From: Candidatus Wirthbacteria bacterium
GTDB taxonomy: Bacteria; Patescibacteriota; CG2-30-54-11
Reading direction: 5' to 3'
Length of the DNA stretch: 64,000 nucleotides
Assembly (NCBI GenBank): GCA_903889905.1
Contig: CAISZI010000048.1
Location: forward strand, 70,668 to 134,667
Both the position numbers and the translations under genes were made by a program. This document shows positions 9,724-19,258 of this stretch, piece by piece. A model generated the notes under the pieces. The model searched no databases and was not told the origin of the DNA. It saw only the letters and a list, made by a program, of their open reading frames with translations. Numbering within the stretch: the stretch's first letter is position 1; every line of letters begins with the position of its first letter.

Positions 9724-10460
9724 TGACTGCTTTGTGTGTAAGTCTGGATGGAGGTATTTGACTCGTATGAATAGGAATGAACATCATGTTCGATTCGAGT
9801 GGTCTTGCTGCTGGCATCGGTCGTCGTAGTTGTCGTGTCGGATTCCTGTCTGATGCTGGCATGCGACGGCGTCGCTCCAAGCAAGGCAGGTTCCAATTGC
9901 AGATGAACCTGGTTAGAAATAGCCAGCATGTCGGCATGGATTTGCCCTGCCATCTTCTGTATATCGCTCAGCTGTGACTGAAATGATAGTTGCGGAGCAC
10001 CACAGACTGAATTCCCCTGCCCCAATGCGTCAAAGTACTTCACCATGTCAGATTTGAGGGTATTGATCAGCGTTTGCAATTGCATCAGCGCCGCATTAAT
10101 TTGAGTTGTATCAACGCCCTGCAGTTGCAACTCTGTCATCAATGTGCTGGCCTGATTCCAGACCTGCTGATACGTACTCAGATGCTGATCGCGCAGCGTT
10201 TGTTGCTGCTGATCAAGCTGATTGAGTCTGGTTTGAATGAGCGCACATTGATGTTGCCAGGCATTGTTAATCTGCTGTTCAGCATTTGCCTGCAGCTGCT
10301 GCGCCTGGGCCTGCATTTCCTGGATTTTGAGCTTGGCCTGATCCAGTGTCTGCTGTGCACTCTTCGGTTCCAATGTCTGCCCAGATACACCCACAGGAAA
10401 TGCGACAGTAAACACGAGTGCGCCAGAAAACAATACGGTTAATATTTCTTTTAGTTTCAT
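9720..10460 (-). CDS. Secreted Gln-rich coiled-coil protein
   Basis: Signal peptide MKLKEILTVLFSGALVF..., heptad Q/L pattern, GAGG before the ATG at 10460. Confidence 0.65.
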   Translation of the reverse strand: MKLKEILTVLFSGALVFTVAFPVGVSGQTLEPKSAQQTLDQAKLKIQEMQAQAQQLQANAEQQINNAWQHQCALIQTRLNQLDQQQQTLRDQHLSTYQQVWNQASTLMTELQLQGVDTTQINAALMQLQTLINTLKSDMVKYFDALGQGNSVCGAPQLSFQSQLSDIQKMAGQIHADMLAISNQVHLQLEPALLGATPSHASIRQESDTTTTTTDASSKTTRIEHDVHSYSYESNTSIQTYTQSSQ

Positions 10461-10603
10461 TTTTTTGCCTCGTATAAGCTTAACTTGTATCATTTTAGTA
10501 CTTAGTAAATTATTTTACAACTGCTTAACAACCAAGCCGTGGGCAATGGCTGTCAAATATGATAAATTATATTTTAGAAATGTTCCTACTGGAAATATTC
10601 CCC

Positions 10604-12082
10604 ATGCCAAAATCCCCAACAACAATAATCATCATTGGCGCTGGGTTAAGCGGCCTGGCGTCTGCCTCACTGCTCGCCAGGCAGGGATTTGACGTCACCG
10701 TGTTGGAAAAAAACGACCAGATTGGCGGACGTGTCAGTGTTTGGAAACAGGATGGCTTTGTCTTCGACCTTGGGCCTTCGTGGTACATGATGACGGATGT
10801 TTTTGAACAATTTTTCGCACAATTTGGTCAAAGCACCAAAGATTATTTCACGACCAAGCGCCTCGATCCGTCGTATCGCGTCTGGTTTGAAGATGAACAC
10901 ATTGATGTGCAGGCCGGATTCGAACCGAACCGTGCCGTCTTCGACAGGCTGGAACCCAAGGGTGCGGTCAAAGTCAAAAAATATCTTCAGCTCTCTCACT
11001 ACCTCTATGACAAAGTCATGGGTGAACTGCTCATGAAAGAATACCGATCTGTCATCGATCTCATTCAACCTGGCCTGATTGTGGACACGCTCAAGCATGG
11101 GCTACTCCGCAGTTACGACGCCTTGATCAAAGCCGATATCCGCAATCCCAAACTGCAACGTATGTTACTGTGGCCAACCGTTTTCCTTGGCGGCACTCCC
11201 AAGCTGACACCCGCCTTGTACGCCATGATGGGCCACATTGACTATAACCTCGGGACGCATTACCCCATGGGGGGAATGGGAAAAATTTCTACTGCCCTCT
11301 ATCAGCTGGCTCTTTCTCAAGGCGTAAAATTCAAACTCAATCATGAAGTAACTCGTCTCAATGTTGACCATGACCAAATCACCAGTGTCACCACGGCAAA
11401 CGGAGAGTTTACGGCAGACATGGTCCTGGGCAGTGCGGAATATCATCACATTGAAACCGAACTGCTGGATCGAACGCATCAGAGTTACCCACAGTCCTGG
11501 TGGAACAAACAAAAAATCGGGCCAGCCACTGTTTTGTTTTACCTGGGTGTGAACAAAAAGCTCCGCAACATACGCCATCATAATTACTTTTTTTCACCCG
11601 CGTGGGACGAACACTTTGTCACGATTGAACAAACCAAAACCTGGCCCACCAATCCTTCTTACTACGTTTGTGCCGGTTCCGTCACTGATCCAGCCGTGGC
11701 ACCCAAAGGCTGTGAAAATCTCTTTGTCCTGGTACCAGTCGCGGCCGGATTGGACGACAGTGATGCAATCAGGGAAAAACTCTACAACGACGTGCTGGGA
11801 CATTTTGAAAATATTATTGGTGAACCGATCCGTCCGCATGTCACAGTCAAACGCATTGCCAGCCACCGCGATCAGATTTCACTTTATCATTCCTATCTGG
11901 GCTCAGCGCTTGGACTGTCGCACAGCCTGTGGCAGACCGCTATTTTTCGCCCCAGCCACCGCAGCCGCAAAGTAAAAAATTTGTTCTATACCGGCCACGA
12001 TACCCACCCCGGCATTGGTATGCCCATGGTATTGATTTCAGCCCAGATTGTCGCCAAAATCATGGGAGGTCAACATGAGTGA
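10604..12082 (+). CDS. crtI: Phytoene desaturase
   Basis: IIGAGLSGL...LEKNDQIGGR, FDLGPSW, RLDPSYR, YPMGGM, LGLSHSLWQTAIFRP, THPGIGMPMVLISA. Confidence 0.9.
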   Translation: MPKSPTTIIIIGAGLSGLASASLLARQGFDVTVLEKNDQIGGRVSVWKQDGFVFDLGPSWYMMTDVFEQFFAQFGQSTKDYFTTKRLDPSYRVWFEDEHIDVQAGFEPNRAVFDRLEPKGAVKVKKYLQLSHYLYDKVMGELLMKEYRSVIDLIQPGLIVDTLKHGLLRSYDALIKADIRNPKLQRMLLWPTVFLGGTPKLTPALYAMMGHIDYNLGTHYPMGGMGKISTALYQLALSQGVKFKLNHEVTRLNVDHDQITSVTTANGEFTADMVLGSAEYHHIETELLDRTHQSYPQSWWNKQKIGPATVLFYLGVNKKLRNIRHHNYFFSPAWDEHFVTIEQTKTWPTNPSYYVCAGSVTDPAVAPKGCENLFVLVPVAAGLDDSDAIREKLYNDVLGHFENIIGEPIRPHVTVKRIASHRDQISLYHSYLGSALGLSHSLWQTAIFRPSHRSRKVKNLFYTGHDTHPGIGMPMVLISAQIVAKIMGGQHE

Positions 12083-12899
12083 GACCTCCAATTTCGACCA
12101 GATATTCCGGACTGGCAGCCGCACATTTTTTTATAGCAGCCTTTTTTTCCCTCCGGAAATCAAGCAGGATGTATTTGAGCTTTATGCCTTTGTCCGTACT
12201 GCCGATAACTATGTCGATCGTGTCCCGGCGCAGTCACACGGCTTGGAGTCGTTTCATGCCCACTATCTCAAAGCGACTCATGGCGAAATTTCGGGCAATC
12301 CCGTGGTGGATCAGTTTGTCAAACTCAGTCGCAAACGCAACTTTGATCCACTCTGGATAGACGCTTTTTTTGACAGTATGATGTCTGACCTGGTTCCTGT
12401 TCCATGCGCGACGCTGGATGACACCCTCAAATATATCTACGGTTCTGCCGAAGTAGTGGGGTTGATGATGTGCAAAATTCTCAGTCTGCCCGAGATCGCC
12501 TATCCCGCCGCCAGGGCACTGGGTAAAGCCTACCAATACATCAATTTTATCCGCGATATTGCCGAAGATTTGTCCCTCGGTCGCCAATATCTGCCAACCG
12601 ACCATCTGCGTCAATTTGGCTTAACGAGTTTAAACCAGGCGGAAACCAGGCATCATGCCGACGCCTTCCAAAAACTCATGCTTTTTGAACTCGAGCTGTT
12701 CGATGAGTGGTTAAATCAAGGCGAACAGGGGTACCAATACATTCCGCGCCGCTACCGCATCCCCATTGCCACAGCCTCGGCCATGTATGCCTGGACGGGC
12801 AAACAAATCAGGCAAAATCCATTTGTTGTCTATGAGCGAAAAGTCAAACCCTCCACGCTGCGGGTGGTAACTTCAGGACTCAAACATTTGCTTACCTAA
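12075..12899 (+). CDS. crtB: Phytoene synthase
   Basis: GSRTF, LYAFVRTADNYVD, YIYGSAEVVG, NFIRDIAEDLSLGRQYLP; GGAGGT RBS; overlaps the crtI stop. Confidence 0.92.
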   Translation: MSETSNFDQIFRTGSRTFFYSSLFFPPEIKQDVFELYAFVRTADNYVDRVPAQSHGLESFHAHYLKATHGEISGNPVVDQFVKLSRKRNFDPLWIDAFFDSMMSDLVPVPCATLDDTLKYIYGSAEVVGLMMCKILSLPEIAYPAARALGKAYQYINFIRDIAEDLSLGRQYLPTDHLRQFGLTSLNQAETRHHADAFQKLMLFELELFDEWLNQGEQGYQYIPRRYRIPIATASAMYAWTGKQIRQNPFVVYERKVKPSTLRVVTSGLKHLLT

Positions 12900-12940
12900 A
12901 AAAGTCGCAATTCCAATTTTCAATCAATGCGCAGGCAATC

Positions 12941-13648
12941 ATGGTCACCTACCTACTGATCAACTTTTTAACCATTATCTTCCCCCTGGTATTTTCCTTT
13001 GAACGCAAACATCTGCACTTTTTGACCAAATGGAAATATCTATTTCCAGCAATTTTACTGATCTCCATACCCTTCATCTGGTGGGACCAATATTTTGCGA
13101 CCAAAGGCATTTGGGGTTTTAACTCGCATTACCTGATCGGCCTTTATCTCGGCAAACTGCCAGTGGAGGAGATTCTGTTTTTCCTGTGTATTCCTTTTTC
13201 CAGTTTGTTTATCTATGAAGTGGTCAAATATCGGCTGCCCAACCTCAAACTGACGTTAGCCTTTGAAATTACTTATCTGATGCTGGCCTCACTTCTGCTA
13301 GGAGTATCGATTGGCAATGTCGACCTGATGTATACCGAAGTCGCTTTCTCGCTGTTGACACTGCTGATTGCCTGCCAGGTACTGCTCCTAAAGTCAGACT
13401 ATCTGGCACATTTCATGGTAACTTTCGCGCTTTCGCTTATCCCGTTTCTGATCGTCAATGGCATCCTCACCAATGGCCTGCCCTGGATCGACCATCAACC
13501 CATTGTCTGGTACAACAACAACTACAACCTCGGCATCCGGATGCTGGGTATTCCGCTCGAAGATTTCGCCTATTCCATGTTACTGCTGCTCGGCAATGTC
13601 ACCGTCTATGAATGGCTGCAAAGCCGACTCAAGCTCAAACAAGGCTAA
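12941..13648 (+). CDS. Membrane lycopene cyclase, fused CrtYc/Yd type
   Basis: Two repeated halves with WD..F...GIWGFN...LPVEEILFF and NGILT...VWYN...IPLEDFAY motifs. Confidence 0.85.
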   Translation: MVTYLLINFLTIIFPLVFSFERKHLHFLTKWKYLFPAILLISIPFIWWDQYFATKGIWGFNSHYLIGLYLGKLPVEEILFFLCIPFSSLFIYEVVKYRLPNLKLTLAFEITYLMLASLLLGVSIGNVDLMYTEVAFSLLTLLIACQVLLLKSDYLAHFMVTFALSLIPFLIVNGILTNGLPWIDHQPIVWYNNNYNLGIRMLGIPLEDFAYSMLLLLGNVTVYEWLQSRLKLKQG

Positions 13649-14166
13649 CCTTGTTTGGACTGCTGTTTCTGCAAATCCATCTTGACGCCACGATACTGCC
13701 ACGCCATCAATGCATTCATGCCAAACACAATCCCAAAACTGAGAATGGATGAAAAAATAGCGGTGTTCAAATACTGCTGCCCAATCAGTTTAAAAACCTG
13801 CGCGATGCCCAGGCTGACGCCCCAGATGAACAGGTACCAGATACTGTTTCGTGTCATCACTTTGCCGTCTTGTGAATAGATCCGAACCGTGAAAGCCCAC
13901 ACCACACCAACCATCAATCCTAACCCGCCATAAAGCAAATAATTACCCTGTGAGACCGTAATTTTGGACAGATACAAAAAAATTCCAAGCGACGCAGCAC
14001 TCAAAACAATACCAACCACCAGCCGCTTGAGCTTGAATTCTTCCGCTTTTTTGATGCTTTTCCAGATGCGCAGCAATGATAGCAGCAAAAAAACCACGCT
14101 GAGCATACCCAAGATGCGAAAGACCCAGGTGATCACCTGATAAAACGTAATTTGCAAATTAGACAT
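13645..14166 (-). CDS. Multi-pass membrane protein (DUF1453/CcdC-like)
   Basis: About 5 TMs with RIYSQDGKVMTRNSIWYLFIW loop; start at 14166 overlaps the upstream stop. Confidence 0.55.
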   Translation of the reverse strand: MSNLQITFYQVITWVFRILGMLSVVFLLLSLLRIWKSIKKAEEFKLKRLVVGIVLSAASLGIFLYLSKITVSQGNYLLYGGLGLMVGVVWAFTVRIYSQDGKVMTRNSIWYLFIWGVSLGIAQVFKLIGQQYLNTAIFSSILSFGIVFGMNALMAWQYRGVKMDLQKQQSKQG

Positions 14167-15376
14167 CTTGTTTGGCTCCACATTCACGGCAAAATTTGGC
14201 GCCAACAGGCAGTGGCTGGTGGCACTGTTTACACTGATTCGCGGCTGGCTTGGCTGGCTCGATTGGCATTGCTTGAAGCGCATCAAGCTTTGTCCCGCAA
14301 GCACGGCAGAACTTGGCATTGGTTGGCAAATCAGCGCCACACTTCGGACACTTGGAGGCCTCAACAAAATTCGACTGGGCTTCGGTTTTTGACGCTGCCG
14401 CGGGTCCGGTTGGCTCTACTGACTGAGCAGCAACGGATGCTGCAGGTGCTTCCGTTTTGATCCCCAACGCATCGCCAAACTGCGTCATAAAACTGTCGGC
14501 CGACAGTGTCACCATACTGATCATGACCGTGGCCTGAATCATATCAACTGACTTCAAGAGCAGTGCGGGAAGCTGTCCTGGTATCACTTGCTGCACCACA
14601 AGTTCTTTATCCCCCTGCCACAGCATGAGTGTACGCAGACCGGCGTTGGGGGCAAGGTCGGTGCGCGTGATCTGAGCATAACGGTTTTGAGCACGGATTG
14701 CTTTGAAAGCGGCAAGTGAAGGACCAAACGAATATTGATCTCCAGATTTAATCAGCACTTTGTTGACTACCAGCCGATCCAGCACACCCGAGGCATCCTG
14801 TGGTACCAGGTTGGCATACATTTGCGCAAAAGCCTGTTGGGTTGCGTTATTTGCCGTCGGGCTGAGCTCGGTGGCCCCAAACGATGTCTTACCCAGGTTC
14901 AACATGGCCGAGAGCACAGGAATTTCATCACCTTTGAAGGCCAGTTCCCATGACTGCGCTGCACCAGCAATTAAATCTTTCAATACAAACCCGCGCAGCA
15001 TTTCTTCGGTATAAGGACCGTTGACCAGATAAGTATTCGCTGCGGTAGTCAGTAATTCAAAAAAAGTGTGTTTGTGTCCGTAAAAATAGCGCCGTTCCTG
15101 CCCTTTGGGCCCGACGAAATACATTTCCAAAATCGACAGCGGCTTAGCCAAAATGCCCATTGCGGCCACCGTCACCTCGCCAACCGTAAGCTCAGCTGCT
15201 TTGGTCCCAATCATGACGCCACCTTTTTTGAGTCCCGCCATCACTTTTTTCTGATGTGTCGCCGCCAGCGCTTTGTCAGCAGCCACTTCCTTAAGTGGTG
15301 ACAAGCTGGCTGGCATCAACTTGAGGTGGTCCAGCAAAAATTTGAGTTCATCGCGCTGCAAAACAATGTTAATCAT
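14159..15376 (-). CDS. Cytoplasmic protein with C-terminal double zinc ribbon; N-terminus loosely EspG-like
   Basis: CPKCGADLPTNAKFCRACG and CKQCHQPLPVGAKFCRECG; AGGGGA RBS. Confidence 0.75.
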   Translation of the reverse strand: MINIVLQRDELKFLLDHLKLMPASLSPLKEVAADKALAATHQKKVMAGLKKGGVMIGTKAAELTVGEVTVAAMGILAKPLSILEMYFVGPKGQERRYFYGHKHTFFELLTTAANTYLVNGPYTEEMLRGFVLKDLIAGAAQSWELAFKGDEIPVLSAMLNLGKTSFGATELSPTANNATQQAFAQMYANLVPQDASGVLDRLVVNKVLIKSGDQYSFGPSLAAFKAIRAQNRYAQITRTDLAPNAGLRTLMLWQGDKELVVQQVIPGQLPALLLKSVDMIQATVMISMVTLSADSFMTQFGDALGIKTEAPAASVAAQSVEPTGPAAASKTEAQSNFVEASKCPKCGADLPTNAKFCRACGTKLDALQAMPIEPAKPAANQCKQCHQPLPVGAKFCRECGAKQDV

Positions 15377-15392
15377 GGTGTCCCCTGTTTAT

Positions 15393-17267
15393 TTAAAACC
15401 AGCTGGCGATTTTCTCGCCCAGCCAGCTGTAGCGCGCGACGCGACCAACGTCTGCACCAAACTCTACTGCTCCGCCGATCACTCCGCCATTTTCCTCGTA
15501 GTAACTACCGGCTAGTTGAGAGCCTTCCTTATATCCTGTTCCGATATTCCCTAGCGAAGCCTCAGCGTCATCGCCGACATTTTCCGAAAGTTGTTGCCAA
15601 TCCTTGCGGTCAAACTTGGTGATGATGCGTGATGTGTCCTTGAGTACGCCGCCGACCTTGTCTTTGGTCGCCTGGACCAGGCCTTTGGCTTCGATGTCGC
15701 CGACTATATCGCCGGTGACTTCACCGAGTTCGGCATAGCCCCGCGGGACGCCTTTGCCAGCTTTGGCTTCTTCACCCAGGGCTTTGACATTGTCCCAGGC
15801 CACATCTTTCCAGGATCCGGTATCGTAAATACGTTTGGCGTCGGTATAAAAATCCTGCATCGTCTTGACCACGCCCACGTCCTCCATCGACGCCACGGTT
15901 TTGCCCAGTGTGTCACCAATATCAGCCCAGCCGCGCAGCATCGGACTGCTGTCACCGTCTTTGATTGACTGCGCATAATTATTAATTGGGTCCAGACTGC
16001 CTTCTCCCAGTGCCTGGCTTACGGCTCTGGTCACGTCGCCGATCGACTGAAAGGCTTGTTTAAATGTGTTGGATGGCAAATATTTTTGCAAACTTTCGGG
16101 CAAGATAATATTGGCAATCGCTTCCATATTGCCAGCACTTTTCCAACCCAGCTCGCTGATCCCGTCCATCATGGCGTTCGAACCAATGTTCATCAGTGAC
16201 GATAGACCAACGGATTGGAGCAGGTTATCACTATAGCCACTTTTTTCGTGCAGATCGTTGGCGTCATTCATGATGTTGAGGATATTCATGGACTGCTTGA
16301 AAACGCCTTTGAGCATGGGATTTTCGTTGGCCGGGTCTTTCGACCACTGCAGATTGTCTTCGGCCAGGCCAATGGTGGTGGAGGTGAGCGGATCCATACT
16401 GACGCCCTCAAAGGGTTTGTTTACGGTTTTGATGTCGAGCAGTTTGTTAAAAAAGTCGCTGCCTGTGTCTTTGATTTTGAGCAAATCATTGAGCGTCCCA
16501 AACGGATTGATCGAACCATCCGGATCGCCAAACGCCAGCAGTGCCGAAGCTCCAAACAGTGACGACAAGGCAACGCCCGCTGCCGTGGTGGCCGTTGTCG
16601 TGGCTTCATCTTTGGCCGCATTGACTTTGGCGGCTTGTGCGCCAGGTTGTGAGTAACCCGTCGCGTCTTTTAAAACCGTACCCGCGCCTTCGGTCCAGTG
16701 ATTACGGCCACCGGTGGTGTCGGTTTCGATACTCCAGATAGCGCTTTGTAGATCATTGTGGCTGGCATCCGGATGCGCACGATACCAAATAAGTAGTGTC
16801 TTCAAATCAGGCCGGGTGGTGAGATCTTTGGTATCTCCACCAAAGGTAAAAATTTCGTCAGAGCCCGGAATGCCATTTCCCGAATCAATGCAAAACGCCT
16901 GCGCCACGACGTCTTTGGTCGCATGTGGATCCAGGTCAACCTCGGAATTGCCGGGCGTGTCTTTGACAAAAGCAACGCCCAGTCGCTGGCTGTGGCGGCC
17001 GTCAGGTGGCGTGAAGTAAGTCCCGACAATGTCGACGCGCTGATGATCCCCTGTTTTGTTGGTCAGCGACAGCGAGATGTCGGAATAATTTCCATTGGCT
17101 TTGGCCGTGACCGATACCTGGTTGTTTTTGATGGCTTTCGCCAGTGGTGTGGCTGAGGCGGCCTGGGCGCTGGAAAAACTCAACGCCACGCTTGTTATCA
17201 GTCCAACAATAAGCCAGATTGCCCCTGTCCTGCGTGCCAGACGCCGCCAGCGTTGATCAGATGCCAT
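15393..17267 (-). CDS. Secreted/membrane protein with putative Cys-Gln thioester domain and Gly/Ala-rich helical C-terminus
   Basis: Signal peptide ending AQA; AFCIDSGNGIP...LQSAIW motif pair; internal hydrophobic segment AAGVALSSLFGASALLAFG. Confidence 0.65.
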   Translation of the reverse strand: MASDQRWRRLARRTGAIWLIVGLITSVALSFSSAQAASATPLAKAIKNNQVSVTAKANGNYSDISLSLTNKTGDHQRVDIVGTYFTPPDGRHSQRLGVAFVKDTPGNSEVDLDPHATKDVVAQAFCIDSGNGIPGSDEIFTFGGDTKDLTTRPDLKTLLIWYRAHPDASHNDLQSAIWSIETDTTGGRNHWTEGAGTVLKDATGYSQPGAQAAKVNAAKDEATTTATTAAGVALSSLFGASALLAFGDPDGSINPFGTLNDLLKIKDTGSDFFNKLLDIKTVNKPFEGVSMDPLTSTTIGLAEDNLQWSKDPANENPMLKGVFKQSMNILNIMNDANDLHEKSGYSDNLLQSVGLSSLMNIGSNAMMDGISELGWKSAGNMEAIANIILPESLQKYLPSNTFKQAFQSIGDVTRAVSQALGEGSLDPINNYAQSIKDGDSSPMLRGWADIGDTLGKTVASMEDVGVVKTMQDFYTDAKRIYDTGSWKDVAWDNVKALGEEAKAGKGVPRGYAELGEVTGDIVGDIEAKGLVQATKDKVGGVLKDTSRIITKFDRKDWQQLSENVGDDAEASLGNIGTGYKEGSQLAGSYYEENGGVIGGAVEFGADVGRVARYSWLGEKIASWF

Positions 17268-17325
17268 AAGTACCGCCAAACAATAATTGAACTAAATGCA
17301 ATGTAGCATAGTTAACACCCCCAGT

Positions 17326-18132
17326 TCAATTTACCAGCGCAGCGGTTTCCGGCTTGGTGCGCAAGCTACCCCAGATGATACTGACAATTTTTTCCAGAAT
17401 AATTAGAGCCACGGTGAGCACTTCAAAACAGATCAGCGTCCACTCAAACCCGGCCTTGGTCACCCAGTTGAGGTTGAACGCGACCAAGGGGTAACAAACC
17501 AGATAAAGCAAAACATCGCGTTTGGTGTGTTTTTTGTGAATAATCACTTCCATTGCGCCCGTTAAAGCCGCACCAATCGACGCGTATAGATCGAGGAGCG
17601 CACTTGGTTTGGTCAAATCCACCATACGATTAATGACCGGGATATAACTATTGGTCACGAGCGGGAAAGCAGGCTCCTGCACAAACGGATACAATCTTGC
17701 CTGCACGGTTTCTGGACTAAAATGAGTGACAAAAATAACATGGACGGCATAGGCATTCATGATAAAAAAACAGGTATTAAACCACAGAAACACAAGTGCC
17801 CATTTGTAACGTGATAGCAATACCCGTTGTTTGGTTTTCCGCTCAATTGAATTGTCGATTTCACTGATTCTGTTATTCAGCTTCTCGGCGTCGTGAATCT
17901 GTTTGTCAGCCCGCAGCCCCATAATGCGCAAAGGATACATGATGGCACGCAAAATGACGGCAAAGAAAACACTGGCCAGCCGCATGTCCCCAAACCAGTT
18001 GTAGCCAATAAACACCAGGTTAAAGGCAAAATCATGCCAATACGGGTAACCAAAAACAACCACCAGGAGCAGAACCAAAAAAATCCAGGCATTCACGCCT
18101 TTCTTTTTTTCGGGTTCGACCAATATGCTCAT
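17326..18132 (-). CDS. YidC/Oxa1-like membrane protein insertase paralogue
   Basis: ASVFFAVILRAIMYPL resembles YidC TM1 with the conserved Arg, followed by a cytoplasmic coiled-coil hairpin and further TMs; GAGGGA RBS. Confidence 0.6.
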   Translation of the reverse strand: MSILVEPEKKKGVNAWIFLVLLLVVVFGYPYWHDFAFNLVFIGYNWFGDMRLASVFFAVILRAIMYPLRIMGLRADKQIHDAEKLNNRISEIDNSIERKTKQRVLLSRYKWALVFLWFNTCFFIMNAYAVHVIFVTHFSPETVQARLYPFVQEPAFPLVTNSYIPVINRMVDLTKPSALLDLYASIGAALTGAMEVIIHKKHTKRDVLLYLVCYPLVAFNLNWVTKAGFEWTLICFEVLTVALIILEKIVSIIWGSLRTKPETAALVN

Positions 18133-18266
18133 ATTCCCTCGCAAAAAACAAAAGAATCCCAAAAAATATAACGCCTAACCCCGTTTTGGGCAAATAAACC
18201 CAATATTTTCTTTTCGCTCTAACTCACTTATACTGACAATTGTTTAATCTCCCTTAGGAGCATCCC

Positions 18267-18839
18267 ATGGCTTTTTGCACCAACTGTGGTCAGGAAATTG
18301 GCAGCGCTGACCCTTTTTGTCTCCACTGCGGTACCGCCCAGCAACCCTCTGCACCAGTAGCTCCCAATACCAAGCCTGTTTTTGATCCGACCCCACCCGC
18401 GGCTTCCACCCCCACATCGAACAGCAATCCAGAAACACCGCCACCGCCGCTCCCAACGCCACCAGTGACCCAACCCTCAACCGCTGCCCCCAAACGTCGT
18501 GGACACGGTTGTCTGATCTTTGTTTTGCTCATTGTGGCTGGACTGATTGCCTTGGGCGGGTATGCCTACTACGACTTCGACCACAACAGTAAAACCAACG
18601 AAAACATGGCGGATTACTGGATGCATAAACTTAATCATGAGGACACCAGAGTAACTCCCGGCGTATCGTCTAACGCCAATACCACCTCTCCCACAGCAAA
18701 TGGACCAACGCTGACTGCCAAAACCAATGGCGACCAGGTCAGCAGTGATGGCAAAACGTATTTCCTCATCGATAGTGCAGCCAAACTTTACTACAACCCG
18801 ACGGACAAGCAGTTTTACACAAAAACGGCAGCAGCATGA
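18267..18839 (+). CDS. Zinc-ribbon membrane protein with Pro-rich linker
   Basis: FCTNCG...FCLHCG, Pro-rich linker, KRRGHGCL followed by a TM; AGGAG RBS. Confidence 0.8.
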   Translation: MAFCTNCGQEIGSADPFCLHCGTAQQPSAPVAPNTKPVFDPTPPAASTPTSNSNPETPPPPLPTPPVTQPSTAAPKRRGHGCLIFVLLIVAGLIALGGYAYYDFDHNSKTNENMADYWMHKLNHEDTRVTPGVSSNANTTSPTANGPTLTAKTNGDQVSSDGKTYFLIDSAAKLYYNPTDKQFYTKTAAA

Positions 18840-19258
18840 AAGCCACGGTCGTTGCTGACCGTTTCGTCTTCTACAACGATATTCAGCATTTCCTGCTGGT
18901 TTTTCCGGAGAGCTGGAAAGGCTACAAAGTTGTCTCCTCTAGCGAAACCGACGCTTCACTGACTGATCCTGACACGCTGATCACTTTTTCCCTGCCTTCG
19001 GCAGACACCACATTGGCGGAGTCCACCGGTTATGCCAATATCCTGAAACTCGCGATTTTTAGCCAAAACGACTACCTCAACGTGGTTGAGCCGCAAATGC
19101 AAAATACTGACGGCGTCGTGCTGGCTGGGATTGTTGGCAATTTTGGCTTTGTCTTTTCACCCGCACCAACCGAAAAAACAGCCTCCGACCACATCGACCA
19201 GGCCAGTGCGATACCAGACATTATCAAAACACTCAGCGCCCACACACCAGGCAACTAA
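18836..19258 (+). CDS. Hypothetical protein (PsbP-like FYN..F.L.FP..W motif)
   Basis: ATGA overlap with the upstream gene; FYNDIQHFLLVFPESWKGY. Confidence 0.55.
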   Translation: MKATVVADRFVFYNDIQHFLLVFPESWKGYKVVSSSETDASLTDPDTLITFSLPSADTTLAESTGYANILKLAIFSQNDYLNVVEPQMQNTDGVVLAGIVGNFGFVFSPAPTEKTASDHIDQASAIPDIIKTLSAHTPGN

